Source of the DNA: Octopus vulgaris
Taxonomy: Eukaryota
Reading direction: 5' to 3'
Assembly: GCA_951406725.2 (NCBI GenBank)
Contig: OX597826.1
Coordinates: forward strand, 39,928,001-39,992,000
DNA: 64,000 nucleotides
In this document: positions 12,330 to 25,144 of the stretch, one piece after another
Layout: every line of letters begins with the position of its first letter
Numbering within the stretch: the stretch's first letter is position 1
Made by a program: the position numbers and the translations under genes
Notes under the pieces: generated by a model
What the model saw: the letters and a program-made list of their open reading frames with translations, nothing else
Database searches by the model: none
What the model was told of the DNA's origin: nothing

Positions 12330-12820
12330 AATGAATTATAGTTTAATTATAAAATTATTACTTGCAAAATATCGTGAAAAGCCGTTAAGCCTTTCATTTA
12401 GAACACTATTTCTTTAACATAAAAATATGAAAGTAGTATATCAAGATAATACTTTCCTTACACGAAACAATAAACAAACATTAATGGAAGCATTAATAGA
12501 CTTCAACAGAGACGACTTCGTCTAGGGATTTATGATTCTTTGACAACTTCTGAAAATTCTCAACAAAGGAACTACAATAAAAGGCTCAGTTAATTCAAGA
12601 ATTTGAATTTCATGGAAACTAAGATAACACGAACATTTCCTACCAACAAATATATTAAATTACAGTTTTGTAAAATAGATTAGCAGAGATCAAAGGCTCA
12701 AGAGAAGCATAAAAACTATGAATATTAAATAGATTATTGCCACTTTAAATTAAGGAATTAAATTTTCCGCCACAGTGCCTGAAGCCTAATGGAAATGACT
12801 TGTAACCTCTCTATTTTCAT
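12330..12820 (+). mobile_element. Possible decayed PLE 3' end
   Basis: RLKRSIKTMNIK*IIATLN resembles a GIY-YIG C-terminus. A weak ctgaagc..gaaa motif follows. Confidence 0.3.
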
Positions 12821-12994
12821 ATATATATATATTTATGTACATATACAAAACATATACATATGTGTATGTACTTTATAATGAAATTACAGAAAAACAATTA
12901 TAAAATCAAAATTGATTCTGAAAGTATAACCGAATTTAAATAGATATTCTGCTATACAAGCGAACAATGTCAGTTTATTAATATTTGAATGTAT

Positions 12995-13095
12995 GAAGGC
13001 GGCGAGCTGGCAGAAATGTTAGCACGCCGGGCGGAATGCGTAGTCGTATTTCGTCTGCCGTTACGTTCTGAGTTCAAATTCCGCCGATGTTGACT
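12995..13095 (+). mobile_element. SINE family A head
   Basis: gaaggcggcgagctggcagaa..gagttcaaattccgccga. Confidence 0.8.
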
Positions 13096-13149
13096 TATTA
13101 AAAATGTTATTAGTGGGCTCTTTAGAAGAATGTAAAATGTGCAGTTTCT

Positions 13150-13780
13150 ATGATACAATAAAGAAGTTTTAAGATTTCAGATTTTCCTTATAGAAAAAAT
13201 TCAGTTCATTTCTACCGAGTGAAAGCAAGGTTGTGACACTTCAGTCCGTTCCTAATTCAACAGAAATATGTAGATCCGAAAGTCTTGCCAATGCAAGGGC
13301 TTTTATGCCAGATTATATTCCAGAGTTCTTGAAGAGTTGTCAAATATGTACAAGAATCTTTCCTTGGGACTCAAAGAACCTGGGAAAATATTGCAATGAA
13401 AACATTACTGACATCATCGCCACCTGAAGCAACAAAGGAGAAAAATTTGTTTATTCTAATAGTAGAAAAAACAATTTTGTTCATTGCTGGCAAATTCCTG
13501 GACAAAATTCTGCCTAAAAGGCTAGTACAGTCCGTATTAGACAATCTTACACAATAGTCACATTGTGACTTTTATAGAGACCAGATGCGGAGTGAACAGA
13601 ACCTTTGTTGTTAGGCAACCCCAGAACAAATGCTGGTAACAACACCATGATCTGTTCATTGCATTAGTATATCTTACAGATGCTTTTGATATAGTAAGCA
13701 GAGGATTTCTGTAGGATGTTGCTGGAAACTTTGCTTTCCCACCCAGATTTGTGAATCTATTATGCTAGTTCCCAAAGAGA
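13150..13780 (+). mobile_element. Decayed RTE-like RT fragment
   Basis: LLAGKFLDKIL and LFIALVYLTDAFDIVSR motifs. Confidence 0.6.
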
Positions 13781-14509
13781 GTAAGTACTCATGCTTCGGA
13801 ATAAGTAATATGAAGCAAAGAACACACACACTGATTAAGTTGATACCTGTTTAAGGTATAAAAAAAACAACCAATCCGGCAACAAAGCGTTACTAAATGT
13901 ATAATGCAAACCATAAGGGAACTATATCTATTAAATATAACATAAAAATAAAAATAAGATAAATCATTTTTCCTAAACGATAAAACAAAAACAAACTAAA
14001 CTTAACAAACTGAAGTTACTAGCATAAAATCCAATTAAATATAGTTACAAACATTAAAAATCACCGGGAAAATATAATCAAAAGAATAAGATACCTCCAT
14101 TAAGAAAATCAGCCACAGCGAATGGACTGCCGTTACGAAACATATTAATAAATTAATTGTAAGGGAAATAAATAAAAGGAACACTACCAACTAAAAAGTT
14201 TTCAAACATAAATAAAATGAACTAAACGTACCAAACTAACTCACAACATGAAAAAGTTCTTAAGTGGTCCCAGTTAATCGCTGTCAACGACAGACGGCTC
14301 GTAAGTTTCAACGGAAATCCTGCAACGGAAAACCGAAGAGCAAGTGACGACGTACACAGTAGGACCTGACGACATGCGAAAAGAAAATAACGTTCCAATA
14401 TAGGAACTTCAAAACGCAATCTGACGAGATACACCCCGTTGCAAAACATCAACACTTAATGTCAACGTAAAGGGAAATTATACTTCTCGAAGATTTACAC
14501 TTCGGGTGA

Positions 14510-14650
14510 GGGCGCTAGTCAATTACAACGACCCCAGTTCTCATCTAGTACTTATTTTACCAACGCCGAAACGATTGAAGGCAAAGCCCCAATTATCGGA
14601 ATTTGATATCAGAACGTAGAAACGGACGAAATGTGAAGCATATTGTTCGC
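14510..14650 (-). mobile_element. SINE family A, degenerate
   Basis: cgaccccagt..gaaggcaaag..cggaatttga..cagaacgta. Confidence 0.6.
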
Positions 14651-14670
14651 TGTGACCGTGCATTAAATGT

Positions 14671-14997
14671 TCTTAATATATTAGCATGTCATTCCTGGCC
14701 GCAAAAGTTTTGATCAAGTTTCTTCAGGCATCTCTGCCCCTTTCCTCCATACGCTTCGCCAATGGCTTAAATTTATTTCTGAATAAATCTGCAGAATTTG
14801 GTATTCTGCCATACTTTATAACCTGATTGGAGAGAGCGTTATGCTTATTTTTAATGCAATTCGACTCATTGCTCAGGGCATAGATGCAAAATGAAAATCG
14901 AAGATATCAGTTTTATTATAAACATCGGATACATTTTTGTTACACACACATAATTCAATCAAATATATTCGAGTTGAATAAAATACACACACACATG

Positions 14998-15071
<74 letters not shown>

Positions 15072-15286
15072 TACGTATGTGTGGGCGCATGTATGTGCAA
15101 TGAATGTTGTATGTATGTATGTATGTATGTATTTGTAAATTTATTAAATACACTTGTATATTTTAATATAGTGTTCATTAGCGATATTTCCTAACCATTA
15201 GGTAGGTAGCAAATGAGGAAATGAGATGAAAGCAACACTCCCATGTTCATATATAAATATATGTGAGTGTGTATATATATATATGT

Positions 15287-15359
<73 letters not shown>

Positions 15360-16237
15360 TTGTACGTGCAAGGGAGTGTTGTTTTCATCTCATTTCCTCA
15401 TCTTGCTACCTACTTATCGGTTATGGAATATCGTTAACGAACACTATATTAAAATATACAAGTGTATTTAATAAATTTACAAAAATACATACATACGTAC
15501 ATACATTCGACATTCATTGCACATATATGCGCCCATACATACGTACACACACATATATACCTTCAAATACACACGCGTGCGTGCGCACACACACGGACTC
15601 CTACACACACAATCACATATACATAAACAAATGTAAAAATAAGCACCAAGAAAATAACCCTGCAGTAAATATTTTAAATTACTCTTCAGAACATGCCGGA
15701 TTTTTTATTTGATAATTAAATAGCAATATCAATCTTCACTGATCATTTTACCCCTTCTCTCTCGCTCACTCTCAGTCTCTCTCACTCTCGCCCACTCTCA
15801 GTCTCTCTCTCTCTCTCTCACACTTTCTTTCTCTCTCTCTCTCTCTCTCTCTCTGTCAATCTATCTCACTCATTCTCACTCTCTCCCTCACCCTACATGT
15901 GGATCTAGTCTTAATATATTAGCATGTCATTCCTGGCCGCAAAAGTTTTGATCAAGTTTCTTCAGGCATCTCTGCCCCTTTCCTCTATACGCTTCGCCAA
16001 AGGCTTAAATGTATTTCTAAATAAATCTGCAGAATTTGGTATTCTGCCATACTTTATAACCTGATTGGAGAGAGCGTTATGCTTATTTTTAATGCAATTC
16101 GACTCATTGCTCAGGGCATAGAAGCAAAACGAAAATCGAAGATATCAGTTTTATTATAAACATCGGATACATTTTTGTTACACACACATAATTCAATCAA
16201 ATATATTCGAGTTGAATAAAATACACACACACATGCT

Positions 16238-16270
<33 letters not shown>

Positions 16271-16483
16271 ATGTGTGAGTACGTATGTGTGGGCGCATGT
16301 ATGTGCAATGAATGTTGTATGTATGTATGTATGTATGTATTTGTAAATTTATTAAATACACTTGTATATTTTAATATAGTGTTCATTAGCGATATTTCCT
16401 AACCATTAGGTAGGTAGCAAATGAGGAAATGAGACTCCCATGTTCATATATAAATATATGTGAGTGTGTATATATATATATGT

Positions 16484-16542
<59 letters not shown>

Positions 16543-17092
16543 TTGTACGTGCAAGGGAGTGTTGTTTTCATCTCATTTCCTCATCTTGCTACCTACTTAT
16601 CGGTTATGGAATATCGTTAACGAACACTATATTAAAATATACAAGTGTATTTAATAAATTTACAAAAATACATACATACGTACATACATTCGACATTCAT
16701 TGCACATATATGCGCCCACACATACGTACACACACATATATACCTTCAAATACACACGCGTGCGCACACACCACAGACTCCTACACACACAATCACATAC
16801 ACATGAACAAATGTAAAAATAAGCACCAAGAAAATAACCCTGCAGTAAATATTTTAAATTACTCTCCAGTACATGCCGGATTTTTTATTTGATAATTAAA
16901 TAGCAATATCAATCTTCACTGTTCATGTTACCCCTTCTCTCTCGCTCACTCTCAGTCTCTCTCACTCTCGCTCACTCTCAGTCTCTCTCTCTCACTTTCT
17001 CTGTCTCTCTGCCTGTCTCTCTCTCTCTCTCTCTGTCAATCTATCTCACTCACTCATTCTCACTCTCTCCCTCACCCTACATGTGGATCTAG
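14671..17092 (+). repeat. Head-to-tail tandem duplication, two ~1.2-kb units
   Basis: Units 14671-15908 and 15909-17092 are near-identical apart from microsatellite lengths, a few substitutions and small indels. Confidence 0.95.
15070..15546. repeat. Inverted repeat (~175-bp arms) around a (CA)/(TA) spacer, duplicated at ~16280-16730
   Basis: gtacgtatgtgtgggcgcat..gaaagcaacactccc versus gggagtgttgttttc..atgcgcccatacatacgtac. Confidence 0.9.
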
Positions 17093-17179
17093 TGAGCGAT
17101 AGAATTAGTTTAGAATCATCAGTTAGCATCACTGTCTTTCTCAATAACAATCTCAGAAGCACGTTCATAGAGTAAAAGT

Positions 17180-18760
17180 AGAATGCGAAGCCCCTAAATA
17201 ACATCTCGTTCCTGTTTCCTCTCCCCACTTCCCAGAATATTTTGGGAGGTGGACACGATCCGCTTTTTATCTCCTAAATCCAGTCAATGAAATTATCTGG
17301 TATCAAAGAACTGCGTCTAGGGGCGAAGACTAACATCACAAAAGCTAAAGTCCTAGAGGCAATTAATGAGCTGAAATGTGGCAAGACTGATGCTTAGTCT
17401 GAAATTCGGCCTGGGATAGTAAATTCCTTGAGTAAAGAGGGTATTCTCTATACGAGGGGGCGATGAAAAGTTCATTGGCTAACTATGAAAGAATGATAGT
17501 AGAGTTATGAAATATTGAATGCATTAATTCAACTTCTTTTCTCAATAATTTAACTTCTTTTCTTAATTGTTACTTTACAGGTAAACTGATACCTGACTGT
17601 TCAAAAAGGACTTCAAATGTAACTCGTAGCGACTTCTCTTGTTAATAGGCAAAATTTCGCATCGTAGTGTAATCAAGTACCTACATAAAAAGGTTTTAGC
17701 CCTCCAACGACATTCATGATCATATAACTGCCACATTAGGGAATGATGCTCCAGCTTTATCAATACTGCAAAAGTGGGAAGCTGAATTTAGAAGACCGGA
17801 GCTCCTTTAAGAAGATCCAAGATACGGACTTCCTGAACCCGCTACCACCGAGAAAGACCTTGATCGTGTTCGCCACATACTGATCGATAACCATTACTAT
17901 TAGCATGTCCTATAAGAGAGTAGCGAATATTCTGCACAATGAACTTTTCACTACGGTAGGTACCACGTCTTTTGATGCTTGATCAGAAGTATACAAGGCT
18001 GATCACATCACGAGAAAATCTGATATCTTTTCAGTAAATCTAGCTGGTTTCCTTCAACGTTTCCTATCCCAGGATGAGAGATGGGTTCATCACTTTGAGA
18101 CGACAGAGACAATCCATACAGAGTAAACACTGCCAAAGACTTTACATCTCCAGGGAAGGTGCTAGCTCCAATTTTAGGGATACAAAAGGCATATATTAAC
18201 TATATTTAAAAGAGCCACGCAATCAACGGAGATGCTACATAACCAGACTCTACAGCAAGTCTTCTTCAAGAAATCGTACAAAAACTGCCAAGTGGTATGC
18301 ACTTGTTTTACAGGCAATGAAAAGGCATATTACCTCGTGTTGTGGAAGTTGTGTGGAGAGTGTTTCAGGAGTTTGAGATTAATGCACAATTTTTGGTTGC
18401 CGTGAATTCCCTAGACAAATTCCCAGTTGTTTGCCTTCGAGTAAATGATGCTAGATCGAAACCTTTCTACGTAAATTTTGGACATCGACAGGGGTACGTA
18501 TTTTTAACACATATCTTGCTAATTTTTATTCATCGTTGTGGAAGTGATATCACAATCGGTGGTTGTAGAATCGGCTGATATTTGCAGAAAATACGGTGCT
18601 ACATGGCTCATCAGAAGATAATCTCCAGCAAGCACTGAATGGATTCGCTGCCAATCCCACAAGGTAATGATAGGAATGTCGTTATATGTCTTTTAGGGAA
18701 AATGACCTCTACATCTAGCAAGTGAAGCGATGAGTAGAGGTTTGATGACGAGTGATGTGA
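17180..18760 (+). mobile_element. Decayed RTE-like LINE interrupted by the mariner
   Basis: VLEAINELKCGK..EIRP before the mariner; EKAY..RVNDARSKPFYVNFGHRQG after it. Confidence 0.7.
17451..18240 (+). mobile_element. Mariner transposon remnant (3'-truncated)
   Basis: TA + cgagggggcgatgaaaagttc terminus. Transposase pieces RSVIKYL, FLSQDERWVHHFE and SPGKVLA. Confidence 0.8.
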
Positions 18761-18859
18761 ATGAGAAGAGATATGAGTGAGTACAGAAAAAAAAACACTG
18801 GCAATTATAATTAAGATTAAAACGAATGAAATAAGATAAACTAATTACTTACGGAAAGA

Positions 18860-19050
18860 AAGCAGGAGAGAGTAGAAACAGACAGTTAAACAGGAAGAAA
18901 GAAAGGAAAGAAAAGACAAAGAGAGGAGAGGAAGAGAAAGAATGAAAAGCAGGAAGAATAAAAGGAAAGGAAAAGAAAAAAAGAGAAAGAATGAAAAGAA
19001 AAGGTGAAGAAAAAGGAGAAGAGAAAGAAAGAAAGAAAGAGAAAAGGAAA
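18860..19050. repeat. Purine-rich low-complexity tract
   Basis: Direct reading. Confidence 0.85.
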
Positions 19051-19586
19051 TGAGAATCCTTTGAAGAACATAGTTTTTCCCTAGAATTTCTCTGAAAAGC
19101 AAAGATATGACCACAGTTGAAGCATATTATATTATTAATGTGTCCAATAATGGTTGGAGAGCAAAAACATAAAGAGCGAACGAGGAAGCGTCAATATCAC
19201 AGTTCGACCTGCCAGTAATATCAGTCAATTCTTTTCTCAATCATACATTGACCACTGGAATTTACACGTTGGATAATTTAGTACTTGTGGGTTACAGCTG
19301 GAAGATATTTGCAAAAAAAAAAAATCTTCCCAGTCATAATACAACAGGGGGGTTACGCGCCGCCAAAAGCAACAACAACTACGACAAGAAGAGCAATAAC
19401 TTATTTCATTGCATATATGTCTTCAGCGAGCCTTTGATCACTACATTGATCTTATGCGGTTAAATGCGTAAACAAAATAAAATGTAGACCCACAAGAAGA
19501 ATGAAACCACAGCTATCTGTATGTTTGAGCACATGTTTATATCGTAATTAATTCCAGCATATATACATTCATATAAACACATACCC

Positions 19587-19630
<44 letters not shown>

Positions 19631-20129
19631 TTGCATACATATATACATACACACATACGTATATATATGCCTTTATATATACATACGCAAATATATACAG
19701 ACCTAAAGATACAAATGTATGATTAACAGCTAAGCAATAAACCTAGAAGCAGCTTCAAAGCTTCCAACTAGTTGTTACTTGAAACATTAAATTTTCTTCT
19801 TGTTTTATTATTCTTTATGTCGTACCGTCGGAATCATAAATCCACAAGCTTATGAACAAAATGAAATTCCGTAAGTATTTTAACACTTTCCAACAGAAAC
19901 TGAAAAAATATATACCTTATATAAAAACTCAAAAAAATGTATTTTTTCCTATAAAACCATGAAATTGTACCTGGTAGAAAATAGCACATATTCACAGCTC
20001 TTACACAACAGCATCATCAATAGTTACACCTAGGCTAGGCCACAGACCTATAATATTATGATTAATAAAGAAGCTAGCGTTACGCCGCTAGACTTAAATT
20101 AGATAAAATAATAGAGTTCCTCCCCCAAA

Positions 20130-20751
20130 AAGGGAACTTTATTACTATCAAAGACCATAAAAAGAACTACCTATCCAATCCTAAATGTAGGATTATTAAC
20201 CCAGCTAAATCAGAACTTGGCATTATTAGTAAAGAAACTTTTAAAAAATCAATGCGAAAATTAGGACCGCCACTAGGCTAGTACAATGGTCCAATAGTAT
20301 ACAAGTCGTCGACTGGTTTAAAGCCATTAAGAATAAGAATAAAATGAGATTTATTCAATTCGATATTGTCGATTTTTATGCCTCTATCTCGAAAGAACTG
20401 CTAGATAAAGCCCTCGCCTTCGCGAGCGATTTCATAGAAATCAGCACACAGAATAAGGACATAATCTTCCATGCTAGGAAGACCCTACTTTTCACCGAGA
20501 ACGCAGAGTGGGTCAAGACTACCGACACAGAGGGTGCTTTCGATGTGAGCATAGGGTCATATGATGGAGCGGGCATATGCGATCTTATTGGATTATTCCT
20601 ACTCGATATGCTGGGCAAGACCTTTCCTGACGTATACTTCGCCATCTACAAAGATGATGCCCTCGCCTTAACCGCAAATACCAATGGACCAGCACAGGAT
20701 CGGTTTAGGAAGGACATTAACCATTTGAGGAAAACCTCGGACTTAGTATAA
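20130..20751 (+). pseudogene. PLE reverse transcriptase domain (disrupted)
   Basis: ORF 20344-20751 plus upstream frameshifted pieces. Catalytic YRDD appears as YKDD. Confidence 0.88.
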
Positions 20752-20768
20752 CTACAGGCACCAACCTG

Positions 20769-21710
20769 GTGGTTGTCAATTTCCTAGACGTATCCTTAAA
20801 TCTAAATAAGAACATTTATAAGCCTTATAGGAAGCCCAATGATAGACTTAGTTATATTAATGTATGTTCATGCCATCCGCGTATAGTATTTAAAAATTTA
20901 GTTAAAAACATTAGCAAGACAATTCCTAGCCTCTCCTCCGATAAGGACATTTTCAATAGCGTTGCCCCAGTATTTAATAAGGCTCTAAAAGGTAGTGGTT
21001 TTAGCGAGGAAATAACCTATACACCTGCCACCAGCCCAACAATAAAGAAGAGGAAACATAGGAATAGGAAAACCATCTGGTTCACACACCCCTACTCACC
21101 CGAGGTGACCTTCAGTATAGGCAAGTATTTCTTAGCACTGATAGATAGACATCTTCCAGCCAACCATACTTACAGGAAGCTCTTCAATAGACACAACTTA
21201 AAAATCAGTTTCAGCTCAACTACCAATTTTAAAAATATAATCGCACACAACACACAAAACCTACAATACGAAACCAGCTGTTCATGCAGGGAAAAATGTT
21301 TCTGCCCGCTAAATAGAGCTTGCATGTCCCAGACCATCATTTATGAAGCCACCGTGGACTCTATACCCACTAAAGACACGGTTGTGACGAAGCAATACGT
21401 GGGCCTTATAGAAGGTAATTTCAAGGCCAGGTTCAATAATCACAACTTTAGCTTTAGGCACTGGGATAAAAGAAAAACAACCATATTATCCAGTCATATA
21501 TGGTCATTAAAAAATAAAGGTGTCAGTTACAACATCCATTGGAAGATCTTCGCCAAGTGTAAGCCCTACACCAACGGCAGTGGAAAGTGCAGTCTCTGTG
21601 ATATGGATAGATGGTTCATCTGGAAAAGCAGCTTAGACCCCGCTACATGTCTGAATTCAAGAACTGAACTTTTCGGGTAATGCCCATATGTGGCCAAATA
21701 TTTGTTACGT
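20769..21710 (+). pseudogene. PLE RT thumb/linker and GIY-YIG endonuclease
   Basis: 303-aa ORF. A premature TAA at 21678-21680 is followed in frame by CPYVAKYLL, which resembles the usual C-terminus. Confidence 0.88.
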
Positions 21711-21929
21711 CTTTGGTCCTCACGAGACTACAGATACAACTTGCTTTCTATATTGTGTCCACGCACAAGCTTTTTATATCTTTATACCTTTTACTTATAT
21801 TTCGTACATATTTCTAATTATATTTTTTATACATATATTTCTTACATATTTATAGAGATATTGGTTTATAGGTTTATTGCTTATATATTTTTTACACATA
21901 ATTTTTCTGTATCCTATCTTCCACCCTGC

Positions 21930-22340
21930 AATTTTCCCTGTGCGTATATAGACGTGTATATTGAATCTTTTGTGCGCGCATGTGGATGTGTGCGTATGTG
22001 CGGGTATGTGCGTATATTGATGTGTGCGTGTGTGTGTACATGCGAGTATGTGCGTATATAGACATATTTTACTCAGTCTTTTTACGCATTTTCCTGTATT
22101 TTTGCCTTTAGCCCTGTTTTTTCTTGTGTGTGCGCGCATATAGATGTATGTATGACATTTTTTGTGCGTGCGTGTGTGTGTGCGTATATAGACCGAGCGG
22201 TTATGTGCGTATATAGGCGTGTATGTGTGCGTGCATACCGGTATGTGCGTATATAGACGTGGTTTACTCTTTGTATACTCTCTTATACCTTTTTCTGTTT
22301 GTTACCCTTAGCCCTGTTTTTTATGGTGCGCGCGCGTGTG
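21930..22340 (+). repeat. Imperfect repeats in PLE 3' UTR
   Basis: Recurrent tgtgcgtatatagac and ccttagccctgtttttt units. Confidence 0.6.
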
Positions 22341-22623
22341 TGTGTGTGGGGGGTTGTATATATATATAAATACACACATGGCGAATGGTGCGGGTGAGGA
22401 TGTGTACGTTTTCAAGTGAGGGTGGATGAATGTATACTTTTAGGCGTGCATGTGTAGGTATGAACATGCGCGCTTACGCGAATACTATGAACAATTTACC
22501 CCCTTACTTTTACTCCCTCACTTACCGGTCATTCAAATAGCTCTTTTGTCTTAATAACGGTCAATCACACAGTAATTTCCCTTTGTATAACGGTCATTTT
22601 TCATAGCATTTTTCCGATGGCCG

Positions 22624-22684
22624 GATAACTGAAGAGATGTCGGCATGGATTTCCTCCTCAGCATCCAAAACTCGGAGTTTTATC
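22624..22684 (+). ncRNA. Degenerate minimal hammerhead at the PLE 3' end
   Basis: gataa-CTGAAGA-gatg..catc-caaaa-ctcggag-tt-ttatc. Stem I is gataa/ttatc; GAAA is mutated. Confidence 0.6.
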
Positions 22685-22736
22685 ATGGGTAGCGAATAAT
22701 ATATATATATATACATACATACACACACACACATGT

Positions 22737-22809
<73 letters not shown>

Positions 22810-23574
22810 TATATACCGGAGTAAGCACATAAATGTAAAACAAGGTGGAAAAAAGAGTACTCCCAAACCAGAGTTAGAGTAATGTGCTTTATTTAAAAGC
22901 AGCAGAAATATAACAAAAGCTGTTCGTGAGTCTTTAACCAGAATCTATTCTACCGCTTCTTTGGATGCTGAAATAGTTTACTGCGCAGTTGTCGTCTCAC
23001 CATTTTCGTATGGGTCTGCATCACGAACATGATATAAAAATAGATAATTTCCGCAGCTAGATAGTTTCCACCTGGAGGGAAAATGCCTTTAATGAGCTCT
23101 TGTTTCACACTTGTGATATGCAAAGCATAAAGGCCTCTCGACTCACTCTCAATTATGGTAAGCTGAATGAGGAACTGCTATAAATTCTGACTGATAACCA
23201 TTTTCAGACGAGAGTGCAAAATCTAGGAAGATATCTTCCTATTTACAAGGATAAGCTGAAGAATAATATGGAGATTACTGGAATACAAGGACAAAAATTT
23301 GAAGAATGTGCTGCTGACGGTAACCTTCTCTTGACATGACAATAGGGTTATGTTCACACAAGGTTTGGGCACTTAGGTGATCAAAAGTAACGTATGCAGT
23401 TTCCTTTCAACGTTTTGTGTGAAGGATGTGTTCTGGTTTGCAAAAACAAATCAGGGCTTAGAATCCCAAAGAAGACATAAACTCCAGAGTAAAAAAAAAA
23501 AAAGAACAAAAGGGGTAAGAAGCTTTGGTTTCCACGCGTCAAATACAAGTGAGTCCATCATCTATTTTTCCCAT

Positions 23575-23642
23575 TGGTAGACGTGCGAATCGAACCCATA
23601 CCTGATTTTGGGATAAGTGTTCTAACGGATTACACCAGTACA
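23575..23642 (-). other. tRNA-derived sequence (pseudo-tRNA or SINE head)
   Basis: Minus strand tggtgtaatccgttag (A box), ggttcgattc (B box), ending in CCA. An inverted partial copy lies at 23742-23772. Confidence 0.5.
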
Positions 23643-24915
23643 CATTAAATTTAGGAACAATGATTTTATAATGTAAATATGTAAATATGTGCGAATCGAA
23701 AACATTGGCGAGTGAAAATATAGTAAATAGAATTATAAGCCTCAGGTATGGGTTCGATTCCGACGCGTACTAATGCCTAATTCTTTCCGTTTTGGGGTTT
23801 ATATGCCCAAATATCAGACTATTTTCTATAGTCATAAACGGTGAAAGCTTATTATTCTATGTACTAAATTTTTCTCGCCACCATTTAATAATTCACGCAT
23901 AATTCACACAAGTTTACATATTTACATCTATGAATCATAGATTTTAATTTTAACGGAGAATAAAGGTATGTCTGATGTTCAGCACATTTATCGCGAAAAA
24001 GTTTAGTAGATTTGTTACTTGACATTCAAAGTATGAAGATATGAATAATTACATGACTAACTGTAAACACAGAAAATTGTATCAATTAATGGCTTTGCTG
24101 ATAGGTAATGAGATGAATCATTAAATAAATGCCAACAATATAGTGGCATTTATTACCATAAGGAACTCTCATATATTTTATGCTTATATTTATTTTTTAT
24201 CATTTTCACAACAGCCATTTGTAACTAACTTCTAGGTGCTACAATTTATAGCTCTGATTTAAGAGATGATATCAAATGCAAATTGAATTAATCTTTGATG
24301 CACACATTTACACACACATGCACACATTGATTAAAGATTCGTTAAGGGTCGATTACATCCCTCTCTACTTTCCCAAGTCCAAAAGTTCTCATTAATAATA
24401 TAAGCTATTTGTCACAAGAGTAACGAAATTAATTTACATAATGTCACATTGCTGCCATTCAGGAATTAATGGTAAAAGTATCAATAAAGTGTGGTTATCA
24501 ATAAATACGTCTACACATATCACATACGGTTTAATAAAGAGGTGCATGCTTACTGGCATGGCTAAGGTGGTATCGAGTTCAGTTCCATTGCCTGGCACTT
24601 ACGGGGAGTGTCTTTTGCTGTTATTCCCAACCACCATGCTTTTTGAATGAACTTGGTAGACGGAATTCGACCCCTCTTCGTATTGAAGATGTAAGTGTTT
24701 AATTTACATGACCACTGAAAGGTGGAGGACATTGATGATGAGGGAATCCATTAGAGACTAGAACTAAACTGATAATGAAAATCAAAATTGACGAGGTAAA
24801 ATAGCTCTAGTCACGAATGACAGATAGTAGCTTCAAATGCAATCACTGCAACAGGGAATATCATTGAAGTGTAAGTTTCTGCAGACGTAGCAGACGTGAT
24901 GGTGTTAAAAATACC

Positions 24916-25144
24916 TATTTCTTTATTACCCACAAGGGGCTAAACACAGAGGGAACAAACAAGGACAGACATAGGTATTAAGTCGATTACATCGACCCCA
25001 GTGCATAACTGGTACTTAGTTTATCGACCCCGAAAGGATGAAAGGCAAAGTCGGCCTCGGCGGAATTTGAACTCAGAACGTAACGCAGACGAAATACCGC
25101 TAAGCATTTCGCCCGGCGTGCTAACGATTCTACCAGCTCACCGC
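24916..25144 (-). mobile_element. tRNA-derived SINE family A, full length
   Basis: A/B-box head (gagctggtagaatcgttag..gagttcaaattcc). 16-bp TSD tggtgttaaaaatacc (24900-24915 / 25145-25160). Confidence 0.9.

Larger units (their letters stand above)
19800..22690 (+). mobile_element. Penelope-like retroelement (RT + C-terminal GIY-YIG), frameshifted, probably Naiad-like, with a 3' hammerhead-like motif
   Basis: RT motifs KCRIINPAKSELG, FDIVDFY, GSYDGAGICDLIG, IYKDD and NFLDVSLNL. Linker CSC..CPL..C. Endonuclease IIYEA..YVGL..FKARFNNH and KCSLC. Boundaries approximate. Confidence 0.9.

Noticed and set aside
18600-18625. CTGATGA on the minus strand
   Set aside because: It lies in decayed RT coding sequence, with no stem II or GAAA.
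21270-21700. Selenocysteine (in-frame TGA) usage, as reported for some Naiad PLEs
   Set aside because: All conserved Cys positions are TGT/TGC, the stop is TAA at a likely Lys position, and I recognised no SECIS.
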